A stretch of 64,000 nt of DNA from Coriobacteriia bacterium (lineage in GTDB: Bacteria; Actinomycetota; Coriobacteriia; Anaerosomatales; JAAXUF01). The notes under the pieces are model-generated. The model saw only the letters and a list, made by a program, of their open reading frames with translations. It was not told the origin of the DNA and did not search any database. The stretch spans positions 107,599-171,598 of the forward strand of contig JBBRSD010000004.1 in assembly GCA_038245725.1 (NCBI GenBank), given 5' to 3'. This document shows, in pieces, positions 45,044 through 54,548 of this stretch; position 1 is the first letter of the stretch; each line of letters begins with the position of its first letter. The position numbers and the translations under genes were made by a program.

Positions 45044-46690
45044 TTACTTCGTCCGCAATTCCCGAAGTGCCTGAAGCGCTTCGGTCAGCGTGGCGGTCAG
45101 CGGCAACTCCACCGTCCCAGCGACGTGAGCGCGCTGCATGCTGGTCGCAACCTGCTCGCTTGCGCCGCACAGCGCCACAAGAACTCCTCGGCGCCTCAGC
45201 GCATGGACCGCGTCGTTGAGTGCCACAAGGCCGGTCATGTCGATGAATGGCACGTTGACGAGCTTGAGCACGATGGCCCTCGGGTCGGTTCCGGAATGCA
45301 GCAGCGCACCTTCGAACTCCTCGACGGCGCCGAAGAAGAACGGCCCCTCGACCGAGTACACGAGCACCCCCTCAGGAATCACTGCCGCCTGCTCGGGAGA
45401 GAGACGCGCGACGAGTTCGTGTTCGCCGAGGGCGCGCACCTCGACCGTCGACACCATGCGGCGGAAGAAGTTCAGCAGCGCGAGGATGACGCCCACTTCC
45501 ACGGCGAGCGAGATATCGGCGAAAATGCTCAGCAGCAACGTCGTGATCATGACTACCACATCCGAGCGGGGAGCTCTGCGGGCGACGCGCACGATTCGCG
45601 TGAGCTGGCTCATGTTGAACGCGACGACGAACAGGATCGCTGCGAGCGCCGTGAGCGGAACGAAAGCCGCCAGCGGTGCGAACGCCACGAGCACGAGCGC
45701 GATCGTAGCCGCGTGTGCGAGGCCCGCAACCGGGCTGTCGCCGCCGTGCCGGATGTTGGTGGCCGTGCGCGCGAGCGCGCCAGTCGCGGCGAATCCGCCG
45801 AACAGCGCCGCACCGAAGTTCGCGATCCCTTGCCCGACGAGCTCCTGGTTCGGGTCGTGCTTCGTGCCCGTCATTCCATCGGCCACAGTCGCAGATAGCA
45901 GGGACTCGATAGCGCCGAGCAGCGCGACCGCGACCGCGGGCTGCAGCAGTTCCATGACCGTGGCGAGCGTCAGATGTGGAATGGCAAAGTGTGGCAGCCC
46001 ACGCGGGATGCCACCGAAGACGGAGCCGATCGTCGCTATGCCTGGCGGGTGGAAGATCGCGACGAACGCAGTCGACGCCGCGAGTGCGACCATGGGCGAC
46101 GGAATCTTGCCGGCAACCGGGATTCGCGGCCAAAGCGCCACAAGCAGCAAGCTCGCGACGCCGAGCACCGTCGTCGCCGGATGCAGGTGCGGTAGCACGG
46201 CGGCGAGCTGCGGCAACTTCTCGAACAGCGTCAGGCCGTTAACCTTCGGCAGGCCGAAGAAGTTGCCCCACTGCCCCACCCAGATGACGACGGCGATGCC
46301 TGCCGTGAAACCGAGCACCACCGACTCGGGGATGAAGCGGATCACGCCGCCAAGCCGAGAAAGGCCCAGCAGCAGCAGGAACACGCCAGCGATGAGCGTG
46401 ACGATCTGCAGCCCAACGATGCCGTATTTCGCGGTCACGCCGAAGAGCAGCACCGCGAACGCGCCTGTCGGGCCGGCGATCTGTACGCGAGTACCGCCGA
46501 GCAGCGTGACGAGCAGGCCAGCGACGAGCGCAGTGTAAAGGCCCTGCTGAGGAGCCGCGCCGGAAGCGATCGCGAACGCCATCGCCAGTGGGAGCGCGAC
46601 CACGCCGACTACCACACCGGCAGACAGGTTCTTCGCTAACGAGGCGCGACGGAACAAGCCCGCGCGCCATGCTTCAAGAATCGCAGGCAC
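45044..46690 (-). CDS. SulP family anion transporter with C-terminal STAS domain
   Basis: Multi-TM SulP core (GVVVGVVALPLAMAFAIASGA ...). C-terminal STAS: IVLKLVNVPFIDMTGLVALNDAVHALRRRGVLVALCGA. Confidence 0.9.
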   Translation of the reverse strand: MPAILEAWRAGLFRRASLAKNLSAGVVVGVVALPLAMAFAIASGAAPQQGLYTALVAGLLVTLLGGTRVQIAGPTGAFAVLLFGVTAKYGIVGLQIVTLIAGVFLLLLGLSRLGGVIRFIPESVVLGFTAGIAVVIWVGQWGNFFGLPKVNGLTLFEKLPQLAAVLPHLHPATTVLGVASLLLVALWPRIPVAGKIPSPMVALAASTAFVAIFHPPGIATIGSVFGGIPRGLPHFAIPHLTLATVMELLQPAVAVALLGAIESLLSATVADGMTGTKHDPNQELVGQGIANFGAALFGGFAATGALARTATNIRHGGDSPVAGLAHAATIALVLVAFAPLAAFVPLTALAAILFVVAFNMSQLTRIVRVARRAPRSDVVVMITTLLLSIFADISLAVEVGVILALLNFFRRMVSTVEVRALGEHELVARLSPEQAAVIPEGVLVYSVEGPFFFGAVEEFEGALLHSGTDPRAIVLKLVNVPFIDMTGLVALNDAVHALRRRGVLVALCGASEQVATSMQRAHVAGTVELPLTATLTEALQALRELRTK

Positions 46691-46806
46691 GATGCTCCAA
46701 GGAATCGAACGGGGTGAATGACTTCACAGTAGCACGGGGCTCAGGCCATCTGGTGCGGCACGCTGGTCTGTCATCGAGCGGTTGGCTGGCCTTTCGCTGC
46801 CCTGGC

Positions 46807-49800
46807 CTACGCCTCGTCCTTGATTCCCACCGAAACGATCGCAACGTCGTCGCTGAGCGAGCCCCCGGTGAAACGCATGATCTCATCGAAGACAGCGCCG
46901 GCGACCTTGCTTACGGGAGTCGGCGGCAACTCTCCGAGGAACTCAACGAGCCTGGACTCGCCGAACAGCTCTCTCTCGTGACGCGCTTCCGTCACGCCGT
47001 CGGTGTAGAGGACGAGAACGTCACCCACCGACAGCGTCGTCTCGCCGTCTCGGAAGTCCATCTTCTCGAACGCGCCCACAAGAGGTGAGCCGACGTCCAG
47101 CAGCTCGATTTCGGCGTTTGGCCGCTTGATCATGCTGCGTGTATGTCCGGCGCTGCAGTAGACGACCCGCCCCGTAGAACTTTCGATGACGCAGAAGACG
47201 AGCGTGCAGAAGATCGAGGGCCCGGTGGCTTTGTTGACTATGTCGCTCGTCTTCGCGACGACGACGGCCGGAGACTCGTTCTCGTAAGAGAGAACTCTGA
47301 TGGTGTTCTTGACGAGCGCGGTGAGCGTGGCGGCCTCCACGCCCTTCCCGGAGACATCGCCCACGAGAATCCCCGCGCGACCACCATCGAGCTCGAACAA
47401 ATCGTAGAAGTCACCGCCGACGCTCGCCGTCTCCGTCGCGGACTGGTACAGGTAACCACAGGCGACATACGGGATGTTCTCGGGAACGGTGAGCAGAGCG
47501 GCTTGCAGCGTATTCGCGATTTCGCGCTGGGCCGAATAGAGCTGCGCGTTCTCGTGCGCGAGCGAGAGCAACGTACCAAGCCGCCGTGCGAAGTCGATCT
47601 CGACATCGCTGAACTTCCCGCCAGGAGGTCCGTAGTGAAACGACAAAGAGCCGACAACCTCGCCGTGCAACAGTAGCGGCACGAGGAGCGCAGTGCTGAT
47701 CTTCAGTTCCACGCCGATACTCGCCGCGAAGATCTGGTTCTGCAGAATATCATCGAAGACGAGCGGCTCCCCCGCCTGTGCTGCCAGACGCGTCGCGGGA
47801 ACCTGTTGCTCGTCAAGAGATCGGCCTTCAAGCTCGAGGGGCAGCCCGTATACGTTCTTCATCACCCACTGGTCGTCACGCCTGAGCAGGACCGCGCTCG
47901 AGTCGGCCCTAAGGGCCACGGTCGCGTCGTCGAGGATCTGGGCAAAAAGCTCGTCGACCTCCAGCGACGAGCTGATCGTGAGATCGATTTCGTTGAGCGC
48001 AGAGTTCAAGCTCTCTTGGCGCCGAACGTCTGTGATGTCGTCGATCGCGAGAAGGATCGACGGCTGCGCGCCCGCCTCGCGGACGCGTCGGGCATTGAGC
48101 ACCATGACGCGCGACCCCAGAGCCGGAAACTCATGTGCGACCTCCAGCCCGACGAACTCGCTGTCTCCAGGGATGATCGCGCCGAGCAGTCCCCGGAGCT
48201 GCGGGAAGTCCCACTGCCCGTTCCCAAGGCCGTACAGGATCGTTCCGATGGTCTGCTCGGCGGTCACGGCGAACGTCTCGTAGAAGGCGTCATTCGCCTC
48301 GCGAACTCGCAGGTCTCCATCGAGCGTGAGCAGCGGCTCTCGAATCGTCGCAACGATGGCCCTGGCGTGGTCGCGCGCGACTTCGGCGACGTGAGACGTT
48401 CTCTTCAGCAGGTCGATGTCCACGAATGCCAGCACTACTCCGTCGAGCACCCCTTGCGATGTCTTGTACGGCAGGATGCGAAGGGAGTACCAACGGCTGT
48501 CGGCATCCTGCACTTCGACTTCGAGCGGTTCGGCGCTTTCGATCACCGTGCCGACAAGCAGGGAGAAATCTGGAATCTCGGCCTTGAGGCTCAGGTCGCT
48601 GAGGGGCCGACCGATGTCTGATTGAACAACATTGACGATCTTCGTGATGTTCGGGGTGAATCGTCGGATGGTGAGATCGGACCCGAGAATGAGGATCGGT
48701 ATCTCCACACCCTCGATAACATTATTGAGGTCGTCGGTCAGCCGGCCGAGCTCGATATTGCGATTGCGAAGTTCGTCGTTGAGCGTCGTGAGTTCCTCGT
48801 TTGTGGACTGCAGCTCTTCCTGAGCTGTCTGGAACTCTTCGTTGATCGTTCGAAGCGCCTCGTTGCTGGACTGGAGCTTGTCGCCTGCCGCACGCAACTC
48901 GGCGTAGGCCGCGTCGTTGTTGGCAGACGCCTGCGACGGCGCGGTGGCAGGCTGCAACGCGGCCGCCCCTACCGACCCCGCGGACGACGGCAACGGGGGC
49001 ACGAGCCTGGCTGGGCCGGGTTTGCGTTGGAAGATGTGGTGCTTGTTGTCGACCGCCGAGAAGAACTCCGACTCCGCGCCGGTCGTCTCGGCGGATCCGA
49101 GCATCAGGAACCCGCCCGGCTCGAGTGCGTAGTGCAGCACACGCAGCACGCGCGACTGCAGCTCGCTCTCCATGTAGATGAGCACGTTTCGGAAGGTCAC
49201 CAGATCCAGCCGAGAGAACGGGGAGTCTCTGGTGACGTCGTGGGCCGCGAAGACACACATCTCGCGAATCGACCGATCGATACGGTACCCGCTCGGTACC
49301 CGCGTGAAGAAACGCGCGAGCCGCTCGGGCGAGATCTCGCGAGCAACGCTCTCCGGATAGAGGCCGGCGCGCGCGACTTCGATGTCACTGGCGTTCACGT
49401 CGGTCGCAAACATCTGGATCCCGAGCGGAGTCGGTTGCTTCTCAAGGAACTCGACGAGCAGCATGACGATGCTGTACGCCTCTTGTCCCTTCGCGCAGCC
49501 CGGCACCCAGACGCGGATGGTCGTGTCGGGTTCCTTGCTTTTGAGAATCTCGGGGAACCCCGTGACGGTAAGCGCGTCAAGAGCGTCGGGGTCGCGGAAG
49601 AACTCCGTCATGTTGACCAGCACGTCATGGTAGAGCGTCTCGACGGACTCAGGATGCTCCTGCAGTAGCTGCAGGTACGCCGCCATCGTCGGTACGCCTT
49701 CGAGCAGCATGCGGCGCGAGACACGTCGAAGGAGCGAAGTCTGCCGATAGTGGCTCAGATCGAGTCCCGTCAACGTTCGCACGAGCGAGAGTACCTTGCC

Positions 49801-50517
49801 GAACGATTCGCGGTCGACGTCCTCGACAGCGTCAGCCGACGGTTCCGGTCGCATGAGTTCGGGGTGCTGGCCGATGCGCACCAGCTCCGCTGCGATGTGC
49901 TCCGGGTCAAGCACCGAATCGACAACGCCCGCGTCTATAGCCGCCTGCGGCATCCCGTCGTATTCGGCTGTCGCCGGATCCTGCGCATAGGTGAGCCCGT
50001 CAGCGGCCTTGATCGCCGACAGGCCGATAACGCCATCGTCTCCCGTGCCCGACAGCACCACGCCGATCGACGTGGTGGCGCACTCTTCGGCGAGAGAGCG
50101 GAAGAACGTGTCGATCGGGTGGCTTTGCGCCGATGACTTGGCTCGTGGCGTGATGGTGATGAAGCCGCCCGATAGTTCGATGATGACGTTCGGCGGCATG
50201 ATGTAGACGTGGTCGGGTTCAACCAGCGCGCCTTTGACGGCATCACAGACAGGCATCTTGGTCACTCGCCCAAGAATATCGCCGAGCAGGCTCTCGTGAC
50301 TTGGATCGAGATGCTGAATGAGCACGAATGCAAGCCCAGTCTTAGCCGGGAGCGCTCGAAGCAGGCGTCTGAACGCATCGACGCCTCCGGCTGAAGCGCC
50401 TACTCCGACGATTGGACACCGAGCGTGGGGCCTTCCGACGGCGGTGGCCGGTGCGGGATGGCGGCTGGAAGTCTTGCGCGGTGGCTTCTTGGCGGAGTCT
50501 CCCGGTTCGTGGCTCAT
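46807..50517 (-). CDS. 1236-aa multidomain signalling protein: CheB-like methylesterase, CheR-like methyltransferase, coiled coil, 2x PAS, GAF, PP2C/SpoIIE phosphatase
   Basis: GASAGGVDAFRRLLRALP...IQHLDPSHES (CheB). TEFFRD ... IRVWVPGCAKGQEAYSIVMLL (CheR). LQSTNEELTTLNDELRNRN coiled coil. PAS-like repeats. GAF-like LFAQILDDATVALRADSSAVLL. GGDFYDLFELDGGRAGILVGDVSGKGVEAA (PP2C). Confidence 0.85.
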   Translation of the reverse strand: MSHEPGDSAKKPPRKTSSRHPAPATAVGRPHARCPIVGVGASAGGVDAFRRLLRALPAKTGLAFVLIQHLDPSHESLLGDILGRVTKMPVCDAVKGALVEPDHVYIMPPNVIIELSGGFITITPRAKSSAQSHPIDTFFRSLAEECATTSIGVVLSGTGDDGVIGLSAIKAADGLTYAQDPATAEYDGMPQAAIDAGVVDSVLDPEHIAAELVRIGQHPELMRPEPSADAVEDVDRESFGKVLSLVRTLTGLDLSHYRQTSLLRRVSRRMLLEGVPTMAAYLQLLQEHPESVETLYHDVLVNMTEFFRDPDALDALTVTGFPEILKSKEPDTTIRVWVPGCAKGQEAYSIVMLLVEFLEKQPTPLGIQMFATDVNASDIEVARAGLYPESVAREISPERLARFFTRVPSGYRIDRSIREMCVFAAHDVTRDSPFSRLDLVTFRNVLIYMESELQSRVLRVLHYALEPGGFLMLGSAETTGAESEFFSAVDNKHHIFQRKPGPARLVPPLPSSAGSVGAAALQPATAPSQASANNDAAYAELRAAGDKLQSSNEALRTINEEFQTAQEELQSTNEELTTLNDELRNRNIELGRLTDDLNNVIEGVEIPILILGSDLTIRRFTPNITKIVNVVQSDIGRPLSDLSLKAEIPDFSLLVGTVIESAEPLEVEVQDADSRWYSLRILPYKTSQGVLDGVVLAFVDIDLLKRTSHVAEVARDHARAIVATIREPLLTLDGDLRVREANDAFYETFAVTAEQTIGTILYGLGNGQWDFPQLRGLLGAIIPGDSEFVGLEVAHEFPALGSRVMVLNARRVREAGAQPSILLAIDDITDVRRQESLNSALNEIDLTISSSLEVDELFAQILDDATVALRADSSAVLLRRDDQWVMKNVYGLPLELEGRSLDEQQVPATRLAAQAGEPLVFDDILQNQIFAASIGVELKISTALLVPLLLHGEVVGSLSFHYGPPGGKFSDVEIDFARRLGTLLSLAHENAQLYSAQREIANTLQAALLTVPENIPYVACGYLYQSATETASVGGDFYDLFELDGGRAGILVGDVSGKGVEAATLTALVKNTIRVLSYENESPAVVVAKTSDIVNKATGPSIFCTLVFCVIESSTGRVVYCSAGHTRSMIKRPNAEIELLDVGSPLVGAFEKMDFRDGETTLSVGDVLVLYTDGVTEARHERELFGESRLVEFLGELPPTPVSKVAGAVFDEIMRFTGGSLSDDVAIVSVGIKDEA

Positions 50518-50873
50518 CCCGCGCGTGCCTCCGTCCCGTGGAGTGTGTGGCGCTTAGCACCCGTACAGACCGTCAACCGACAAGCCTGACATCGCCGTAG
50601 CCGTAGCCGACAAGCGTGCGGAAATCCTCCTGTACGCTTTGTCGTTCCCTTGTAGTGTGGGGCCGGCGGCACGCGCAGTCCAGCCGAACTCCGCGGACAC
50701 TGGCTGTAACAGCTCCAGAATCCCCAGCACTTCGCGTCGATGACATCGCCAGCGTTCCCGGCCGTGAATGAGCATCGCGATCGTGACGCGCCTGGAGCGC
50801 GGAAACTCGGATTCGGGTACCGTATTGGCCATCGATAACGCTCGGCGTCGCGCGTGAAGACCAGGGAGCCTAC

Positions 50874-52490
50874 ATGACGACCACTCCGCTCAAGGACTCC
50901 GAGATCCGCAGCCAGCTCGCTGAGCTTGGTCTCGGCGGCCGGGGTGCCGTACACCGCAATCTGCCGCCGGCCGAACTCATCGCTCGCTCACTCGCGCGCG
51001 GCGAGGGTATCCTCGCCGCCAACGGCGCGCTCGTCGTCAAGACAGGCGAGCCGTCCGGACGCTCCCCCGGCGACCGCGTCATCGTCGAGGAAGGCCCCAC
51101 CGCCGAGCAGATCTGCTGGGGCAGCGTCAACAAGCCGTGCGAGCCCGCGCTCTTCGACAGGCTGCTCGACAAGGCGCGAGGCTATCTCGACGGCCGCGAC
51201 CTGTACGTTTTCGACGGCTTCGCGGGAGCAGAACGCACGTATCGGCTGCCGATTCGAGTGGTCGCGGACGCCACGTGGCACGCACTCTTCGCCGACACGC
51301 TGTTCGTGCGCCCCACACCAGCCGAACTCGACGACTTCGCCCCCGGCTTCACGGTTATCAACTGCGGCGCCTTGCGAGCCAGCTCCGATTTTGATGGCAC
51401 GCGCAGCTCGGTGTTCGTGGGCATCAGCTTCACCCGAAAGCTCGTGCTCATTCTCGGCAGCATGTACGGCGGCGAGATGAAGAAGGCGATCTTCTCGGTG
51501 ATGAACTACCTGCTGCCGCAGCGCAACGTGCTGCCCATGCACTGCTCCGCCAATGCGGGTCAGTCAGGCGATGTGGCGCTCTTCTTCGGCCTTTCGGGAA
51601 CCGGTAAGACCACCCTTTCAGCGGACCCGACACGCCGGCTGATCGGCGACGACGAGCACGGCTGGAGCGACCACAGCATCTTCAACTTCGAGGGCGGCTG
51701 CTACGCAAAGGTCATTCGCCTCCGAGAAGAGTCGGAGCCGCAGATCTTCTCCGCCATCAAGTTCGGCTCGATATTGGAGAACGTGATCGTCGACCCTCAG
51801 ACGCGCGCAATCGACTACGCCTCGGATTTCCTCACCGAGAACACGCGCGGCACCTACCCAATCGAGCACATCCCCGGCGCGGTACTGGGCGGTGTAGGCG
51901 ACCACCCGCGCAACGTCTTCTTCCTCACTTACGACGCGTTCGGCGTGCTGCCCCCCATCTCTAAACTCACGCCAGAGATGGCGAACTACCATTTCCTCTC
52001 CGGCTTCACAAGCAAGGTCGCCGGCACAGAGGTAGGCGTCAACGAGCCCAGACCCACGTTCTCGACGTGCTTCGGTGCCGCGTTCATGCCACTGCACCCG
52101 TCACGCTACTCGACGATGCTCGCCGAGCGCCTGACCTGGCATGAGACTGACTGCTGGCTGGTCAACACCGGGTTCACCGGCGGGCCCTTCGGCACAGGGC
52201 ACCGCATGAGCATCGAGCTCACGCGCGGGCTCATCGGCGCAGCCTTGGACGGCTCCCTCGCCAAGTCCGGCTTCACCCCGCATCCGGTATTCAAGATACT
52301 CGTGCCGCACGAGTGCAACTGCGCCGGCGTAGAAGTACTTGATCCGCGGCGCTCGTGGGCCGATAAGGCCGCCTACGACCAGACCGCCAATAATCTCGCC
52401 GACATGTTCCGCGAGAACTTCGAACGATACGCCGAATACGTGACACCGGAGGTGCTCGAAGCGGGCCCCGAACCACAGACCGCCGGGTAA
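50874..52490 (+). CDS. pckA: Phosphoenolpyruvate carboxykinase (ATP)
   Basis: LFFGLSGTGKTTLSADPTRRLIGDDEHGW and the overall PckA pattern. RBS GGGAG. Confidence 0.95.
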   Translation: MTTTPLKDSEIRSQLAELGLGGRGAVHRNLPPAELIARSLARGEGILAANGALVVKTGEPSGRSPGDRVIVEEGPTAEQICWGSVNKPCEPALFDRLLDKARGYLDGRDLYVFDGFAGAERTYRLPIRVVADATWHALFADTLFVRPTPAELDDFAPGFTVINCGALRASSDFDGTRSSVFVGISFTRKLVLILGSMYGGEMKKAIFSVMNYLLPQRNVLPMHCSANAGQSGDVALFFGLSGTGKTTLSADPTRRLIGDDEHGWSDHSIFNFEGGCYAKVIRLREESEPQIFSAIKFGSILENVIVDPQTRAIDYASDFLTENTRGTYPIEHIPGAVLGGVGDHPRNVFFLTYDAFGVLPPISKLTPEMANYHFLSGFTSKVAGTEVGVNEPRPTFSTCFGAAFMPLHPSRYSTMLAERLTWHETDCWLVNTGFTGGPFGTGHRMSIELTRGLIGAALDGSLAKSGFTPHPVFKILVPHECNCAGVEVLDPRRSWADKAAYDQTANNLADMFRENFERYAEYVTPEVLEAGPEPQTAG

Positions 52491-52606
52491 CTTGCATCGA
52501 TGTTAACCGCGAGTAACTCGGAGCGCCGTAAGTGGGGAATCATCTGACACGGCCCACGGGGTCGAACTCGGATGGTAACGACTCTATCGAGTGATCGGAG
52601 GCGGTC

Positions 52607-53728
52607 ATGTTCGGAAGAAAGCGATTGCTTTGGGTAGGTGCGTTGGTGCTCGTCGTTGGCCTCGCCGTAGGCCTTGCTGGCTGCTCCGGCGGCGCAAGTT
52701 CCACGGGAACGACGTCTGGCGGCACGTCAGCGACGCCGCTGAAGATCGCTCTCCTGCTCCCGGAGACCAAGACGGCGCGCTATGACACTCAGGACAAACC
52801 CCTGTTCGAGGCGAAGGTCAAAGAACTCGCACCTGACATCCAGATTATCTATAGCAACTCGAACCAGGATGCGGCCGAACAGCAGTCGCAAGCCGATGCA
52901 GCGCTCACGAACGGGGCAAACGTGCTCGTGCTCGATCCGGTCGATTTCGCCACCGCTGGCGCAATCGTGGCCAAGGCCAAGGCCAAGAACGTGCCGGTCA
53001 TCAGCTACGACCGTCTGATAACGAACTCGCCCATCGACTACTACATCTCCTTCGACAACGCTCAGGTCGGCAAGCTGCAGGGCCAGGCGCTGCTCGACAA
53101 GCTGACGAAGGACGGGAACGCCGGCAAGACGATAGTGATGATCAACGGTGCGCCGACTGACAACAACGCCAAACTGTTCAAGCAGGGCGCTCACAGTGTC
53201 CTTGATGGCAAGGTCAAGATCGGTGCGGAGTACGACGATCCGGACTGGACCCCCGACAAAGCACAGGCCGAGATGGACCAAGCGATCACGAAGCTCGGCA
53301 AGAACGGATTCGTAGGCGTGTACTGCGCCAACGACGGCACCGCTGGTGGCGCCATCGCGTCCATGAAGGGCGCCGGCATCGACCCGACGACCAGGCCGGT
53401 CACCGGCCAGGACGCGGAACTCGCCGGTATTCAGCGCATCCTCCTCGGCGAGCAGTACATGACAATCTACAAGGCGATCAAGCAAGAGGCCGACGGGGCT
53501 GCTGAGCTCGCAGTGTCCCTTGCCAAGAACACCGCAGCACCCTCAGATCTGACGATCAGCAAGGTCAATAACGGCTCGGCGGACATCAACTCCGTCATCC
53601 TGACTCCGGTTGCCGTGACCGCCGACAACATCAAGAGCACCGTCGTGGCCGACGGCTTCTGGACAACTACGCAGATCTTGTCCACGCCTGCACTCAAGGC
53701 CGCTGGTGCCAAAGTCGGGCTTCAGTGA
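52607..53728 (+). CDS. Sugar ABC transporter substrate-binding lipoprotein (CUT2, XylF-like)
   Basis: Lipobox LAGCSGG. Periplasmic-binding type I pattern (KIALLLPETKTARY ... VISYDRL ... INGAPTDNNA). Confidence 0.8.
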   Translation: MFGRKRLLWVGALVLVVGLAVGLAGCSGGASSTGTTSGGTSATPLKIALLLPETKTARYDTQDKPLFEAKVKELAPDIQIIYSNSNQDAAEQQSQADAALTNGANVLVLDPVDFATAGAIVAKAKAKNVPVISYDRLITNSPIDYYISFDNAQVGKLQGQALLDKLTKDGNAGKTIVMINGAPTDNNAKLFKQGAHSVLDGKVKIGAEYDDPDWTPDKAQAEMDQAITKLGKNGFVGVYCANDGTAGGAIASMKGAGIDPTTRPVTGQDAELAGIQRILLGEQYMTIYKAIKQEADGAAELAVSLAKNTAAPSDLTISKVNNGSADINSVILTPVAVTADNIKSTVVADGFWTTTQILSTPALKAAGAKVGLQ

Positions 53729-53744
53729 CCTCCGTTTCCAACGC

Positions 53745-54548
53745 ATGATGAACGCGACAGGCACCACGCCGCTCTTGCTCACGCTGAAAGGCGTGAGCAA
53801 AGCGTTCGGAGCCAACCAGGCACTCACCCGCGTCGACTTCGAAGTCGACGCGGGTGAGGTCGTCGCGCTCGTCGGCGACAACGGCGCCGGGAAGTCGACT
53901 CTCGTCAAAGCGATCGCCGGTGTGCAACTGGCTGACGAGGGCACGTTCTACTTCAACGGCAATGAAATGAAGATCACCAGCCCGCAGGACGCAACGGCGC
54001 TCGGAATCGCAACGGTCTATCAGGATCTTGCCCTGTGCGACAACCTCGACGTCGTCGCAAACCTGTATCTGGGGCGCGAGCTTTTCGTTCAAGGCGCCGC
54101 CCGAGCCGTGTACTTGCTCGACGAGACGGCGATGGAGCAGAACTCCCTGAGACTGCTCGAGTCGCTCGCCGTGACGACGATTCATGACGTCCGCGTGCCT
54201 GTCGGGTCGCTCTCAGGTGGTCAACGGCAGGCTGTGGCGATCGCCCGTTCGCTGCTCGGCGAGCCGAGCGTGGTGCTGCTCGACGAACCGACGGCCGCGC
54301 TCGGGGTCACCCAGACGGAACAGGTGCTCGAACTGATCGGGACGCTACGCGAAAGAGGGCTCGGCGTCGTGATCATCAGCCACAACCTCGAGAACGTGTT
54401 CGCAGTCGCCGACCGGATCATCGTGCTGCGACTGGGCAAGCGCGCCGCAACATTCGACGTGCGCGGGGTTAGTCGTGAGGATGTCGTCGCCGCCATCACC
54501 GGCGCCGAGTTCGGCTTGGGAGCCCGTGTCGGCGAGGTAACCTCATGA
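53745..54548 (+). CDS. Sugar ABC transporter ATP-binding protein (single ABC domain)
   Basis: ORF 53706-54548. Start set to ATG 53745. Walker A GDNGAGKST, signature LSGGQRQ, Walker B VLLDEPTAAL. Confidence 0.85.
   Translation: MMNATGTTPLLLTLKGVSKAFGANQALTRVDFEVDAGEVVALVGDNGAGKSTLVKAIAGVQLADEGTFYFNGNEMKITSPQDATALGIATVYQDLALCDNLDVVANLYLGRELFVQGAARAVYLLDETAMEQNSLRLLESLAVTTIHDVRVPVGSLSGGQRQAVAIARSLLGEPSVVLLDEPTAALGVTQTEQVLELIGTLRERGLGVVIISHNLENVFAVADRIIVLRLGKRAATFDVRGVSREDVVAAITGAEFGLGARVGEVTS

Noticed and set aside
50554-50832. 92-aa minus-strand ORF inside the megasensor/pckA intergenic region.
   Set aside because: It has no RBS, an odd composition and no recognisable motif. It is treated as non-coding.
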